DNA from: Hyalangium minutum
GTDB lineage: Bacteria > Myxococcota > Myxococcia > Myxococcales > Myxococcaceae
NCBI RefSeq assembly: GCF_000737315.1
Contig: NZ_JMCB01000030.1
Coordinates: 1 to 64,000, forward strand
Direction of reading: 5' to 3'
DNA: 64,000 nucleotides
Position numbers and translations under genes: made by a program. Shown one piece after another: positions 35,642 to 44,660 of this stretch. The stretch's first letter is position 1; each line of letters starts with the position of its first letter. Below the pieces are notes generated by a model. It did not search any database and was not told the origin of the DNA. It was given only the letters and a program-made list of their open reading frames with translations.

Positions 35642-37075
35642 TCAGGTGCCCTGGATGGTGTGCAGCCGCAGGCTGTTGATCTTGCCCGGCTGCCCCACCG
35701 GCGCACCGAAGACGATGACGATGCGATCGCCCGGACTGGCCAGGCCGCGCGTGAGCAGCTCCTCCTCCACGCGCTTCACCATCGCCTCGGTCTCTTGGAT
35801 GGGCTCCAGCACCCGCGGCACCACACCCCACAGGAGCGCCAGCCGGCGGCGGACCTCCTGGTTCGGGCTGAACGCCACGATGGGCACCGGCGGCCGGTAG
35901 TGCGCCAGCAGCCGCGCCGTCACGCCCGACAGCGTGAACGCCGCGATGAGCGATGCACCGCTCGCCTCCGCCGCCTGGCACGCCACGCGCGCAATCACGT
36001 CCGGGAAGTGTGACGGCAGCCCCAGCGGCGCCTCGATGACGCGCTTGAGGTGCTGCGCCCGGGTGGCCGACTCGGCCGCCAGGACGATGCGGTCCATCAT
36101 CTGCACCGACTCGATGGGGTACTTGCCGCTGGCCGTCTCGCCCGACAGCATCACCGCGTCCGCGCCGTCAAACACCGCGTTGGCCACGTCGCTGGCCTCG
36201 GCGCGCGTGGGCCGCGGGTTGTCGATCATCGAGTTCAGCATCTGCGTGGCCACGATGACGGGCAGGCCGCGAGCGTTGGCGCGCCGGACGATGTCCTTCT
36301 GCACCGCCGGCACCTCCTCGGGAGGAATCTCCACGCCGAGGTCGCCGCGCGCCACCATCACGCCGTCCGTCTTGTCCAGGATGGCATCCAGCCGCGCGAT
36401 GGCCTCCGGCTTCTCCAGCTTGGCGATGATGGGCACCGTGCGGCCCACCTCGTTCATCGCCTGCCGGGCCATGTCGATGTCCGCCGGCTGGCGCACGAAG
36501 GACAGCGCGATGAAGTCCACGCCCGCCTTGATGCCGAAGACGAGGTCCTCGCGGTCCTTCGGAGTGAGCGCGTCCGCGCGCACCGCGACACCCGGCAGGT
36601 TGATGCCCTTGTTGTTCTTCAGCGTGCCACCGACCACCACTTGGGTCTTCAGCAGCTGCTTCTTGTCCGTCTCGACGACGCGGAGCTCCAGCAGGCCGTC
36701 ATCCAGCAGGATGCGGTCGCCGGGGTTCACGTCCGCCGCCAGATGCGGGTACGTGGTGGAGACGATGTCGTCGGTCCCCTTCACGGTCTCGTCGGTGGTG
36801 ATGGAGAAGTAGGTGCCTTCCTTCAGCTCCGTGCTGCCGTTGATGAAGCGGCCGGTGCGGATCTTCGGGCCCTGCAGGTCTCCCAGAATGCCCACCGGCT
36901 TGCGGACCCTCAGCTGGGCCGCGCGCAGCTTGGCGATGTTCTCCGCGTGCTGCTCGTGGCTGCCGTGGGAGAAGTTCAGCCGGGCCACATCCATCCCCGC
37001 GTCCAGCAGGGCCTCCAGCATCTCCTGGCTCTGGCTCGCAGGTCCCAGGGTGCAGACAATCTTCGCTCGTCGCAT
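35642..37075 (-). CDS. pyk: pyruvate kinase
   Basis: KIVCTLGPAS, RLNFSHG, DLQGPKIR, MVARGDLGVE, ATQML, DAVMLSGETA. Confidence 0.98.
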   Translation of the reverse strand: MRRAKIVCTLGPASQSQEMLEALLDAGMDVARLNFSHGSHEQHAENIAKLRAAQLRVRKPVGILGDLQGPKIRTGRFINGSTELKEGTYFSITTDETVKGTDDIVSTTYPHLAADVNPGDRILLDDGLLELRVVETDKKQLLKTQVVVGGTLKNNKGINLPGVAVRADALTPKDREDLVFGIKAGVDFIALSFVRQPADIDMARQAMNEVGRTVPIIAKLEKPEAIARLDAILDKTDGVMVARGDLGVEIPPEEVPAVQKDIVRRANARGLPVIVATQMLNSMIDNPRPTRAEASDVANAVFDGADAVMLSGETASGKYPIESVQMMDRIVLAAESATRAQHLKRVIEAPLGLPSHFPDVIARVACQAAEASGASLIAAFTLSGVTARLLAHYRPPVPIVAFSPNQEVRRRLALLWGVVPRVLEPIQETEAMVKRVEEELLTRGLASPGDRIVIVFGAPVGQPGKINSLRLHTIQGT

Positions 37076-37177
37076 AGGGGGCGGAGGATGGGGGGCGCAT
37101 CGCGCGGGGTCAAGGATGCAAACCGGCGCGCCCCACGCTCGGTAAAACGGTAAAACGGCGGCCGAGCAGCAGAGCCC

Positions 37178-38014
37178 TCAGCCTCGCAGGAGCACGCCGA
37201 GGTTCTCGCGCTCCCAGCGCAGTGCGGCAACGTAGTGCGGGAAGGCCTTCTCCCGGTCGCGGAACGCACGCGGGTGGTGCACCCGCCGGCCGCCCCGCCC
37301 CGTGCTCGGGAAGAGCTGGTGGAGCATCTCGTGGAAGACGATGAACTCCACGAAGAAGGCCGGCACCTCGGGGCGATCCAACGCGGGGTGGATGCGAATC
37401 TCGCGCGTCTGGTGATCGTACACGCCCAGGCGGATGGACTTGCGCCGCCGCCGGGGAGGCATGCGGCCCCACCCAATGCGCGCCTGGATGCCGTCCTGGA
37501 AGTAGGTGCGGTTCACGCCCTCGAAAATCGTTTGCAGGTCGAAGCAACGGCCCACGGGGTTGAGGTCCGCGTCCGTCTCGCGGCGGAACTGGCGGATGCG
37601 CGGCTGTTGGCCGCGAATGTACTCGTCCAGCAAGCCACCCGCGCCCCGGTGCCCCCGGCCCGCGTAGTCCGCCACCGCGCGCAGCACGGGCTCGGGCGCG
37701 TCCAGGAACATGTGGTGCAGCCGCAGCTGCAGCACGTTGCCCCCGCGCCGGAAGGACACCATCGTCGAGCGGTTGTCCGTCACCGCCAGCCGGACGGGGA
37801 TGCCCAGGTCCGCCGAGAGCCGCCACGCCAGCGACTCGGCGCGGGAGAACAGCTCGTCCCGCTCGGAGGCAATGCGCGGGGCCTCCTCCACCACCCGATT
37901 GCGAACGGGCGGCTGAGGCGCGGGCTCGGGCGGCGGCGGCGGGGAAGGCCGCAGCGACGCCGTCGGGCTCCCGGACAGCGTGAAGAGGGACATCTGGCGG
38001 GGGTACAAGGTCAT
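37178..38014 (-). CDS. SprT-like/M48-like zincin domain protein
   Basis: RLGVYD, HPALD, HEMLH (HExxH). Confidence 0.75.
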   Translation of the reverse strand: MTLYPRQMSLFTLSGSPTASLRPSPPPPPEPAPQPPVRNRVVEEAPRIASERDELFSRAESLAWRLSADLGIPVRLAVTDNRSTMVSFRRGGNVLQLRLHHMFLDAPEPVLRAVADYAGRGHRGAGGLLDEYIRGQQPRIRQFRRETDADLNPVGRCFDLQTIFEGVNRTYFQDGIQARIGWGRMPPRRRRKSIRLGVYDHQTREIRIHPALDRPEVPAFFVEFIVFHEMLHQLFPSTGRGGRRVHHPRAFRDREKAFPHYVAALRWERENLGVLLRG

Positions 38015-38092
38015 CTCTCGCCCAGCATCGTACCCGCCACCCTTGAGGACTCAAGGCCGCTGGCGGCTGGTTGCCCGCACTCCGTCAGGCCG

Positions 38093-38650
38093 TCAACCGC
38101 GACCATGGCTTCGAGACTCCCTTGCCAACTGCGCCCCCAGGGACTCCACCGTCTCGCGCGAGGTGCCAAACGCGGCGAAGACATCCTCCATCGACTCGGC
38201 CTCCTCCACCGCGAGGCACGCCCCGCCCTGCTCCCGCGCCAGTAGGAGATCGCCAAAGCGCCCCACAGCCAGGCTCCAGCTCCCATCGGCCCACTGGTCG
38301 AAAGGAAAGAGCTGGCAGGCAATCGGACGAACGTCGGAGGGCAGTGTGCACCCGGACGTGTGCTTGTAGAAGACGCAGGCCCCCTCCTTGGCCCGCAGCA
38401 CGGTGCGCACGGGGCCGCGGCGGAAATAGCCTCGGTAGAGCGGCCAGCGGTTCTCGAAGTCCGCGGCGCCCGCCTCGCTCACGCCTTCCTCCTCGGTGAA
38501 GCGGCGCGCGGGCAGGCCCGTGTGCGCGCTGATCCGCTCCATGTCCGAGCGGGTCACCATGGCCAGCTGCTCGGTGCCTCGGGGCTCGCAGCAGGACTTC
38601 CCCAGCACCTTCGAGCAGCGCGCGCAGGCCGGGCTCACGGGCGCCTTCAT
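38093..38650 (-). CDS. YkgJ-family cysteine-cluster protein
   Basis: CARC..SCC, CVFY..GC, RPIACQLFPF. Confidence 0.85.
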   Translation of the reverse strand: MKAPVSPACARCSKVLGKSCCEPRGTEQLAMVTRSDMERISAHTGLPARRFTEEEGVSEAGAADFENRWPLYRGYFRRGPVRTVLRAKEGACVFYKHTSGCTLPSDVRPIACQLFPFDQWADGSWSLAVGRFGDLLLAREQGGACLAVEEAESMEDVFAAFGTSRETVESLGAQLARESRSHGRG

Positions 38651-40107
38651 GCGAGCGGCGGCTCCGTGTGGCGCGTCTTCAGCAGGCGCTCGAGCCGCTC
38701 GGGCTCCATGCGCACCAGGAACGTCTTCTCGCGGCTGTAGAGCACCTGGCCCGGCGCTCCTCCCTTCACCTTGCGGACGAACTTCACCGGCACGTAGCTC
38801 ACCTCGCCGCGCGGCTCGCCCTTGGCCCCCGAGTGGTGAAGCGCCAGGTGCGCGGCATCCAGCAACACCTCCTGCGCCACCTCCATGCCCTTCTCCAAGG
38901 GGACCACCACATGGCTGCCCGGCTGCCCTCGGGCATGCAGCCAGAGGTGGTACGGCTTCGCCACCTTGAAGGTCAGCATGTCGTTGTCCTCCGAGCCCCG
39001 CCCCACCCAGATGCGCTGCCCGCCGTGCCCCAGGTACTCCTTATAAGGACGGCCCTCCTGGGGGCCCTCCTCACTGGCGGGCGCCTGCAGCACCTCTGCC
39101 TGGGCCAGCAGCGCTGCCTCGTCCATGCGCTCCAGCTGCTCCAGCGCGGCCTGCGCCTGCGCCACCTCGCGCGCCAGCTCCGCCTCGCGGCGGCGGGCCT
39201 GCTCCACACCCCGCATCAGCCGCTTGTATTGGTGGAAGCGCCAGTCCACCTCCTCCTTCGGCGAGCGCTTCGGATCCAGCTTCACCTTCACCTCCTCCAC
39301 GCCCGTCTCCGTGTACGCCGTCAGCGTCACCTCGGAGGTGCCGCGGCGCAGGCGGTGGAGGTTCTGCGTGAGCAGCTCTCCCAGGCGGCGGTGCTCCTCG
39401 GCATCCGGGCCGCGCCCGGCCTCGGCGCGCACCTTCTCCAGCGTCCGCCCGGAGCGCTTGAGCCGCGCCCGGTACGGCTGCGTCAGGCGCCGGCGAATGG
39501 CCTCCGCGCGGCTCTTCCGATCGCGCTCGCCCAGCAGCCGCTCCGCGGCCTCCGCGTACGGCGCGAAGTCTCCTGGCGCCGGCTGCAGCCGGGAAGGCGC
39601 GCTCCGGGCCTTCTCCAGCGCCTCGGGCGGCAGCGGCTCGGGAGGCTTCCACTCCGAGCCCGGGTAGACCCCTCGCCTCTGCGCGAGCCCCTCTCCACTG
39701 TGCATCAGCACCCGGCCGCTCTCGCTCAGCAGCACCAGCCCGCCCGGCGGAGCCAGCTCCAGCACGAGCCGCCGCGTGCCCGCCTCTTCCTTGTGAAGCT
39801 CGAGCACCACCACGCGCTCTGCTTCACGCCAGCTCGCACCCTTCAGCTTGAAGCCCGTGAGCTCCTGCCGCAGCCAGCGCTGAAAGGGCGCGGGCTCACC
39901 CGGTGTGGGGAAGCGCTCGGCGGCCACCGAGAGCCGGGCCAGGTCTCCCTCCGCGCACAGACACAACAGGAAGGAGCGCCCTGGCAGCCGCAGCTCCAGG
40001 TACGCCAGCCGCGGCAGCGGGCACCACGCCTTCTGCAACACCGCCCCCGACAGGCGCGTGCCCACCTCCGCCACGACCTGCTCCAGCTCTGTGGGACGCA
40101 GTGACAT
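38647..40107 (-). CDS. NFACT (FbpA/Rqc2/RqcH) family protein
   Basis: NFACT-N, coiled coil, NFACT-R (IWVGRGSEDND, WLHARGQPGSHVV, AAHLALHHS, VRKVKGGAPGQV). Confidence 0.88.
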   Translation of the reverse strand: MSLRPTELEQVVAEVGTRLSGAVLQKAWCPLPRLAYLELRLPGRSFLLCLCAEGDLARLSVAAERFPTPGEPAPFQRWLRQELTGFKLKGASWREAERVVVLELHKEEAGTRRLVLELAPPGGLVLLSESGRVLMHSGEGLAQRRGVYPGSEWKPPEPLPPEALEKARSAPSRLQPAPGDFAPYAEAAERLLGERDRKSRAEAIRRRLTQPYRARLKRSGRTLEKVRAEAGRGPDAEEHRRLGELLTQNLHRLRRGTSEVTLTAYTETGVEEVKVKLDPKRSPKEEVDWRFHQYKRLMRGVEQARRREAELAREVAQAQAALEQLERMDEAALLAQAEVLQAPASEEGPQEGRPYKEYLGHGGQRIWVGRGSEDNDMLTFKVAKPYHLWLHARGQPGSHVVVPLEKGMEVAQEVLLDAAHLALHHSGAKGEPRGEVSYVPVKFVRKVKGGAPGQVLYSREKTFLVRMEPERLERLLKTRHTEPPLA

Positions 40108-40215
40108 TTCCGCCTCTCCTCAAGGACTCTCGAAAGGGAGGACAGGCCACACGACCCATGAGCCGCCCCGCCGCCCCGTGCTGGAGCGTATCGTGGCGGA
40201 ACGGAGCGTCCCTCC

Positions 40216-40488
40216 TCAACAGGCGATGCGGATGTTGGGCGCCTTGCTCCGCTTGCTCGGGAGGTGGAGTGTCAGCTTCGCACCCTCCTTCTGCCCCTCC
40301 TCGACCACGGACAGATCGATCTTAGGGTCGAGCTTGTACTTGAAGTGCTTCTTCAGGGCCGCCCGCGGATCCTGGAGCAACTCCGAACGAAATGCATCAT
40401 CTGTCCGCGCGCGTTCCTGAGCCTGGGTCCACACGTCCAGCCAATTCTTGAACTCCGACACAGCTTCCTTGGCGTTTTTCGCGGCCAT
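40216..40488 (-). CDS. NHLP-like TOMM precursor (BMA_0021-like leader)
   Basis: DDAFRSELLQDPRAALKKHFKY..LSVVE..LTLHLP leader; short core ending NIRIAC; GGAGGGGAG RBS; AT-rich codons. Confidence 0.72.
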   Translation of the reverse strand: MAAKNAKEAVSEFKNWLDVWTQAQERARTDDAFRSELLQDPRAALKKHFKYKLDPKIDLSVVEEGQKEGAKLTLHLPSKRSKAPNIRIAC

Positions 40489-40511
40489 CTCCCCTCCGTG
40501 GATGATGTCTT

Positions 40512-40520
40512 ATAATACCA
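40512..40520 (-). promoter_or_regulatory. extended -10-like element for the precursor gene
   Basis: TGGTATTAT (TGn + TATTAT) on the minus strand, about 24 nt upstream of the ATG; overlaps TATAAT (40511-40516) on the plus strand. Confidence 0.45.
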
Positions 40521-40571
40521 CTTTCGCTTAGGACCCGGCTCGGATTCAGCGGCTCGAGCTCGCGACCCTCC

Positions 40572-43500
40572 ATGGAAAACGCTCCTCCATCGATTCATCC
40601 GCTCACGCCGCTGCAGGAACGCTACACGCTGCAGGCCAAGCTGGGAGAGGGCGGCTTCGGCACCATCCACGAGGCCACGCAAATCACCACGGGCCAGCGG
40701 GTCGCGGTGAAGTTCCTCCGCCTGCGCCCAGACGATGCGAACACGAGCGTGGAGAAGCAGGCCGCCCGCTTCCGCCGGGAAACTTCCCTGTGCGCCAAGC
40801 TGTATCACCCGCACATCGTCCGGCTCATTGACGCGGGCCTCAGCGCGGAGAACCAGCTCTACAGCGTCTTCGAGTTCGTCCCCGGCAAGAACCTGGCGCA
40901 AGTCCTCAAGGAAGAGGGACCGCTCGCGCCCCGTGAGGTGCACCGGCTGATGAGCCAGGTGCTCGATGCGCTGGGCTGTGCCCACAAGGAGAACGTGGTG
41001 CACCGGGACCTCAAGCCGCAGAACATCATGGTGACGGGGACCGGTGTGCGGCGCAACGCGGTGGTCCTCGACTTCGGGCTGGGCACGCTGGTCGAGGACA
41101 GCCTGTCGGCCCAGGACACGCGCCTGACCGGGACGATGGAGTGGATGGGCACTCCCTCCTACGCCGCGCCGGAGCAGCTGCGCAAGGACGCCACCACTGC
41201 CGCGGCGGACCTGTACGCGTGGGGACTCATCTTCATCGAGTGTCTGACGGGCGTGCGGATCATGCAGGGCGCCACCATGGCGGAGGTGCTCTACAAGCAG
41301 CTCGGTCCTGAGCCCGTCCCCCTGCCTCCCTCCCTGCGCAATCATCCGCTCGGGCAGTTGCTGCGCCGGGTGACGGAGAAGAACTCCCCGGAGCAGCGCG
41401 GCACCGCCGCGGAGCTGTTGTCGCAGCTCGAGGAGATGGATCTCTCGGGTCTGCTCTCCGCCCCGGCCTTGCCGGAGGCGGTCCTTCTGCCCTCCACCAC
41501 GCCCAGGACGGGCGAGGGCCAGGCCCTCACGCCCACGGCCGTCGGCAGCGCCCTGACTCTGACCACGAACGTCCCACCCCAGTGGATGCTCGCGGGAGGC
41601 GAGCGCCGCCAGGTGGTGGCCCTGTGCTGCGGGCTGGTCCTGTCCCACCCGGACCCTGCACGCGTGGACTTCGAGGACCTGGAGCTGCCCCTGCGGGCTT
41701 CCCAGGAGCTGCTCGGCGCCATCGCCGCCCGCTACCACGGGCACATCATGAGCGTGCTCGGGCAGCAGGTGCTCATGTACTTCGGCTATCCCAGCACGCG
41801 CGTGGATGACGCTCGCCGCGCGGCCGCCGCTGCGATGGCCATCCTCGAGGGCATCGACACCCTCAACTCCCAGCGAAAGGAGCCCCTGCGCTGCTCGGCC
41901 CGCATCGGCCTCCACGTCGGGCAGTTGGTGGTCTCCAAGGAGGCGGCCGCCCAACCTTGGCGGGAGTTCGGCGTCACCGCCTCGGTGGCGGCGCAGCTCG
42001 GCGAGCGGGCCGAGCCAGGAACGATTCTGGTGGGTGAGAGCGCGTACCCCCTGCTGCGAGACCACTTCACGCTGGAGTCCCAGGGCCAGGTGCCCACGGG
42101 GTTCCTTCAGCAGCCCATGGAGCTCTTCAGCCTGAAGGGGCCGCGCGTCGCCACGGACGAGGCGCCCTCCATGCGGGGCAGCATCGTCATGGTGAGCCGG
42201 GATCACGAGCTCGGCCTGCTGCTGGAGCGGTGGAGGCAAGTCGACGAGGGCTCGGGCCAGGTGGCGCTCGTCCGGGGTGAAGCGGGGATCGGCAAGTCCC
42301 GCCTGTGCCATGAGCTGCGGCGGAAGCTCCAGGGCAGGGAGCACCAGTTCTTCGAGTGCCGTTGCTCGCCCGAGGCTCGCAACAGCCCGCTGTTCCCCGT
42401 CATCGAGCCGCTCAAGCAGCTGCTCGGCTACAACGAGGGCGACTCCCCGGCGCAGCGGCTTGCGCGCATGGAGGAGGCGCTGTCGCGCTACCCCCTGGAG
42501 CTCAAGGAGGCCGTGCCGCTGGTGGCGAGCCTGTTCGCCCTGCCGGTGGAAGATCGCTATCCCACGCCGCAGATGACGCCGCTGAAGCTCAAGGAGCTGA
42601 CGCTGCGGCTGCTCGTGACGCTCTTCTATGAGATGGCCGAGCAGTGCCCCCTGCTGCTGTTCGTGGAGGATCTGCACTGGGCGGACCCCACCCTGCTGGA
42701 GCTGCTGGGCGCCCTGCTGGCGGAGTGCGCCACCTCGCCGGTCTACCTGCTGCTCACCTCCCGGCCGGAGTTCAGCACCCCCTGGCCCAATGCCCCCATC
42801 CTGCAGATCCAGCTCGGGCGCCTGGAGCGGGAAGCCACCGAGCAGCTCATCCGTGCGCTCACCGAGGCCAACCCCCTCCCTCCGAGCATGCTGGAGCAGA
42901 TCGTCCAGCGCACCGAGGGCGTGCCGCTGTTCGTCGAAGAGCTCACCCGCATGGTGGCGGAGACACGGCCCTCCTCGCCGCAGAGCGGCCTGGCCATTCC
43001 CTCCACGCTGCGGGGCTCGCTGCTGACGCGCTTGGACCTCCTGGGGTCCCCCAAGGTGACGGCGCAGATCGCCTCGGCGCTCGGGCGCGAGTTCCAGTAC
43101 GACGTGCTGTGCGCCATCTCGCCTCGCGATGAGGCGGAGCTGAAGGAGGACCTGGAGCAATTGCTGCGCGCGGACCTCATCTACACGCGCCGCCGGGCCC
43201 GCAGCCGCACGTACATCTTCAAGCACGCGCTCATCCAGGACATCGCCTACGACTCGCTGCCGAAGGCCACGCGCCGCCACCTGCACGCGCGCATCGCCGA
43301 GACGCTCCAGGCCCGCTTCCCGGAGCTCGCCGAGACACGGCCCGAGCTGCTCGCTCACCACTTCGCCGCGGCGGACCAGCTGCTCCAAGCGCTGGAGTAT
43401 GGCCGCAAGGCGGCGGTCATGGCGCTCCAGCGCTCGGCCAACGAAGAGTCCGCGCAGCACACCACCCAGGCGCTGGGCTGGCTCCAGACGGTGGAGAACC

Positions 43501-44651
43501 CCTCCGAGCGCCGTGAGACGGAGCTGGGGCTCAACGGCCTGCTGCTCACGGCGCTCATGGGCTACCGGGGCTTCAGCTCCGAGGAGGTGGGCAACGTCCT
43601 GCGCCGCTCCATGGCGCTGCTGGAGGAGCAGGGCGACAGCCCGAGCGCCTTCCCCACGCTGCACTCGCTCTGGGGCTACCACGAGATGCTCGGCGAACAC
43701 GCCCAGGCCAAGGAGATTGGCCGCCGGTGCCTGGAGCTGGCGCGCCGCAACAAGGACGAGGGCCAGCAGATCTGCGCGCTCATCCAGTTGGGTCACGGCC
43801 TCTGGTTCGATGGCCGCTTCGAGGAGGCCCAGGTGCACTTCGAGGAGGTGCTCGCGCTCTACGAGCCGTCCAAGCACGGAGGCAATGCGTACATCTACGC
43901 CGTGGACAGCCGCGCCCATGCCACCGGCATGCTGGCCCTGACGCACTGGTATCTGGGGTTCACGGACCTGGCATTGAAGCGGGCGCGCGAGGCGCTGGAG
44001 TTCGCCCGGCTCATCCAGCACTCCAACACCCTGGCCATGGCCACCTACTACCTGACGCTGCTGCACCAGCTTCGCGGCGAGCGGGAGGAGGTGCTCCGGC
44101 TGAGCACGGAGCTGCTGGAGATCTCCGTGGCCCAGGGGCTCCCCATGTGGAAGGGCCTCGCCCTGCTGCTCAACAGCTGGGCCAAGCGCCAGGCCACGGA
44201 GGCCGAGCAGATTCTGGCCGTGATGGAGTCCGTCCGCGTCTACCAGACGCTGCCGTACCAGCTCGGCCGCGTCGCGGAGACGGAGGCGGAGGTGGGCGCG
44301 GTAGACAAGGCCCTCCAGCGCGTGGAGCGCGCTCTGCAGTTGGCCACCTCGAAGGAGGAGCTGTACGCGCTCCCCGAGCTGTACCGCCTCCGAGGAGAGC
44401 TGCTCCTGCGCAGTACCCCGTCCGCCACGGAAGAGGCAGCCGTCTCCTATCAGAAGGCCATCGAGATGGCGCAGGAGCAACGGGCGCGGGTGGTGGAGTT
44501 CCGCGCCCGGCTGGCCCTCGCACGCCTCAAGCCCGAGCAGCTCCGGGAGCCGGGCTTCCGCGCCGCGCTCGCCGGGCTGCAAGACACGCTCACGCCTCTG
44601 GGCCAGGTGCCCGAGCGCGAGGAGACAGGCCGCCTCCTCGCCCAGGCCTGA
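40572..44651 (+). CDS. TOMM-system kinase/cyclase fusion (Ser/Thr kinase, cyclase-like, AAA ATPase, TPR)
   Basis: 1359 aa; GEGGFG, VAVK, HRDLKPQN, DFG; GEAGIGKS, FVEDLHWAD; helical repeats; context fits TIGR03903 as recalled. Confidence 0.88.
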   Translation: MENAPPSIHPLTPLQERYTLQAKLGEGGFGTIHEATQITTGQRVAVKFLRLRPDDANTSVEKQAARFRRETSLCAKLYHPHIVRLIDAGLSAENQLYSVFEFVPGKNLAQVLKEEGPLAPREVHRLMSQVLDALGCAHKENVVHRDLKPQNIMVTGTGVRRNAVVLDFGLGTLVEDSLSAQDTRLTGTMEWMGTPSYAAPEQLRKDATTAAADLYAWGLIFIECLTGVRIMQGATMAEVLYKQLGPEPVPLPPSLRNHPLGQLLRRVTEKNSPEQRGTAAELLSQLEEMDLSGLLSAPALPEAVLLPSTTPRTGEGQALTPTAVGSALTLTTNVPPQWMLAGGERRQVVALCCGLVLSHPDPARVDFEDLELPLRASQELLGAIAARYHGHIMSVLGQQVLMYFGYPSTRVDDARRAAAAAMAILEGIDTLNSQRKEPLRCSARIGLHVGQLVVSKEAAAQPWREFGVTASVAAQLGERAEPGTILVGESAYPLLRDHFTLESQGQVPTGFLQQPMELFSLKGPRVATDEAPSMRGSIVMVSRDHELGLLLERWRQVDEGSGQVALVRGEAGIGKSRLCHELRRKLQGREHQFFECRCSPEARNSPLFPVIEPLKQLLGYNEGDSPAQRLARMEEALSRYPLELKEAVPLVASLFALPVEDRYPTPQMTPLKLKELTLRLLVTLFYEMAEQCPLLLFVEDLHWADPTLLELLGALLAECATSPVYLLLTSRPEFSTPWPNAPILQIQLGRLEREATEQLIRALTEANPLPPSMLEQIVQRTEGVPLFVEELTRMVAETRPSSPQSGLAIPSTLRGSLLTRLDLLGSPKVTAQIASALGREFQYDVLCAISPRDEAELKEDLEQLLRADLIYTRRRARSRTYIFKHALIQDIAYDSLPKATRRHLHARIAETLQARFPELAETRPELLAHHFAAADQLLQALEYGRKAAVMALQRSANEESAQHTTQALGWLQTVENPSERRETELGLNGLLLTALMGYRGFSSEEVGNVLRRSMALLEEQGDSPSAFPTLHSLWGYHEMLGEHAQAKEIGRRCLELARRNKDEGQQICALIQLGHGLWFDGRFEEAQVHFEEVLALYEPSKHGGNAYIYAVDSRAHATGMLALTHWYLGFTDLALKRAREALEFARLIQHSNTLAMATYYLTLLHQLRGEREEVLRLSTELLEISVAQGLPMWKGLALLLNSWAKRQATEAEQILAVMESVRVYQTLPYQLGRVAETEAEVGAVDKALQRVERALQLATSKEELYALPELYRLRGELLLRSTPSATEEAAVSYQKAIEMAQEQRARVVEFRARLALARLKPEQLREPGFRAALAGLQDTLTPLGQVPEREETGRLLAQA

Positions 44652-44660
44652 GGGGCCTCG

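Noticed and set aside
40108-40215. Second precursor or frameshifted core downstream of the precursor
   Set aside because: A GGAGGGA follows the stop codon, but there is no suitably placed start codon or Cys/Ser/Thr-rich ORF
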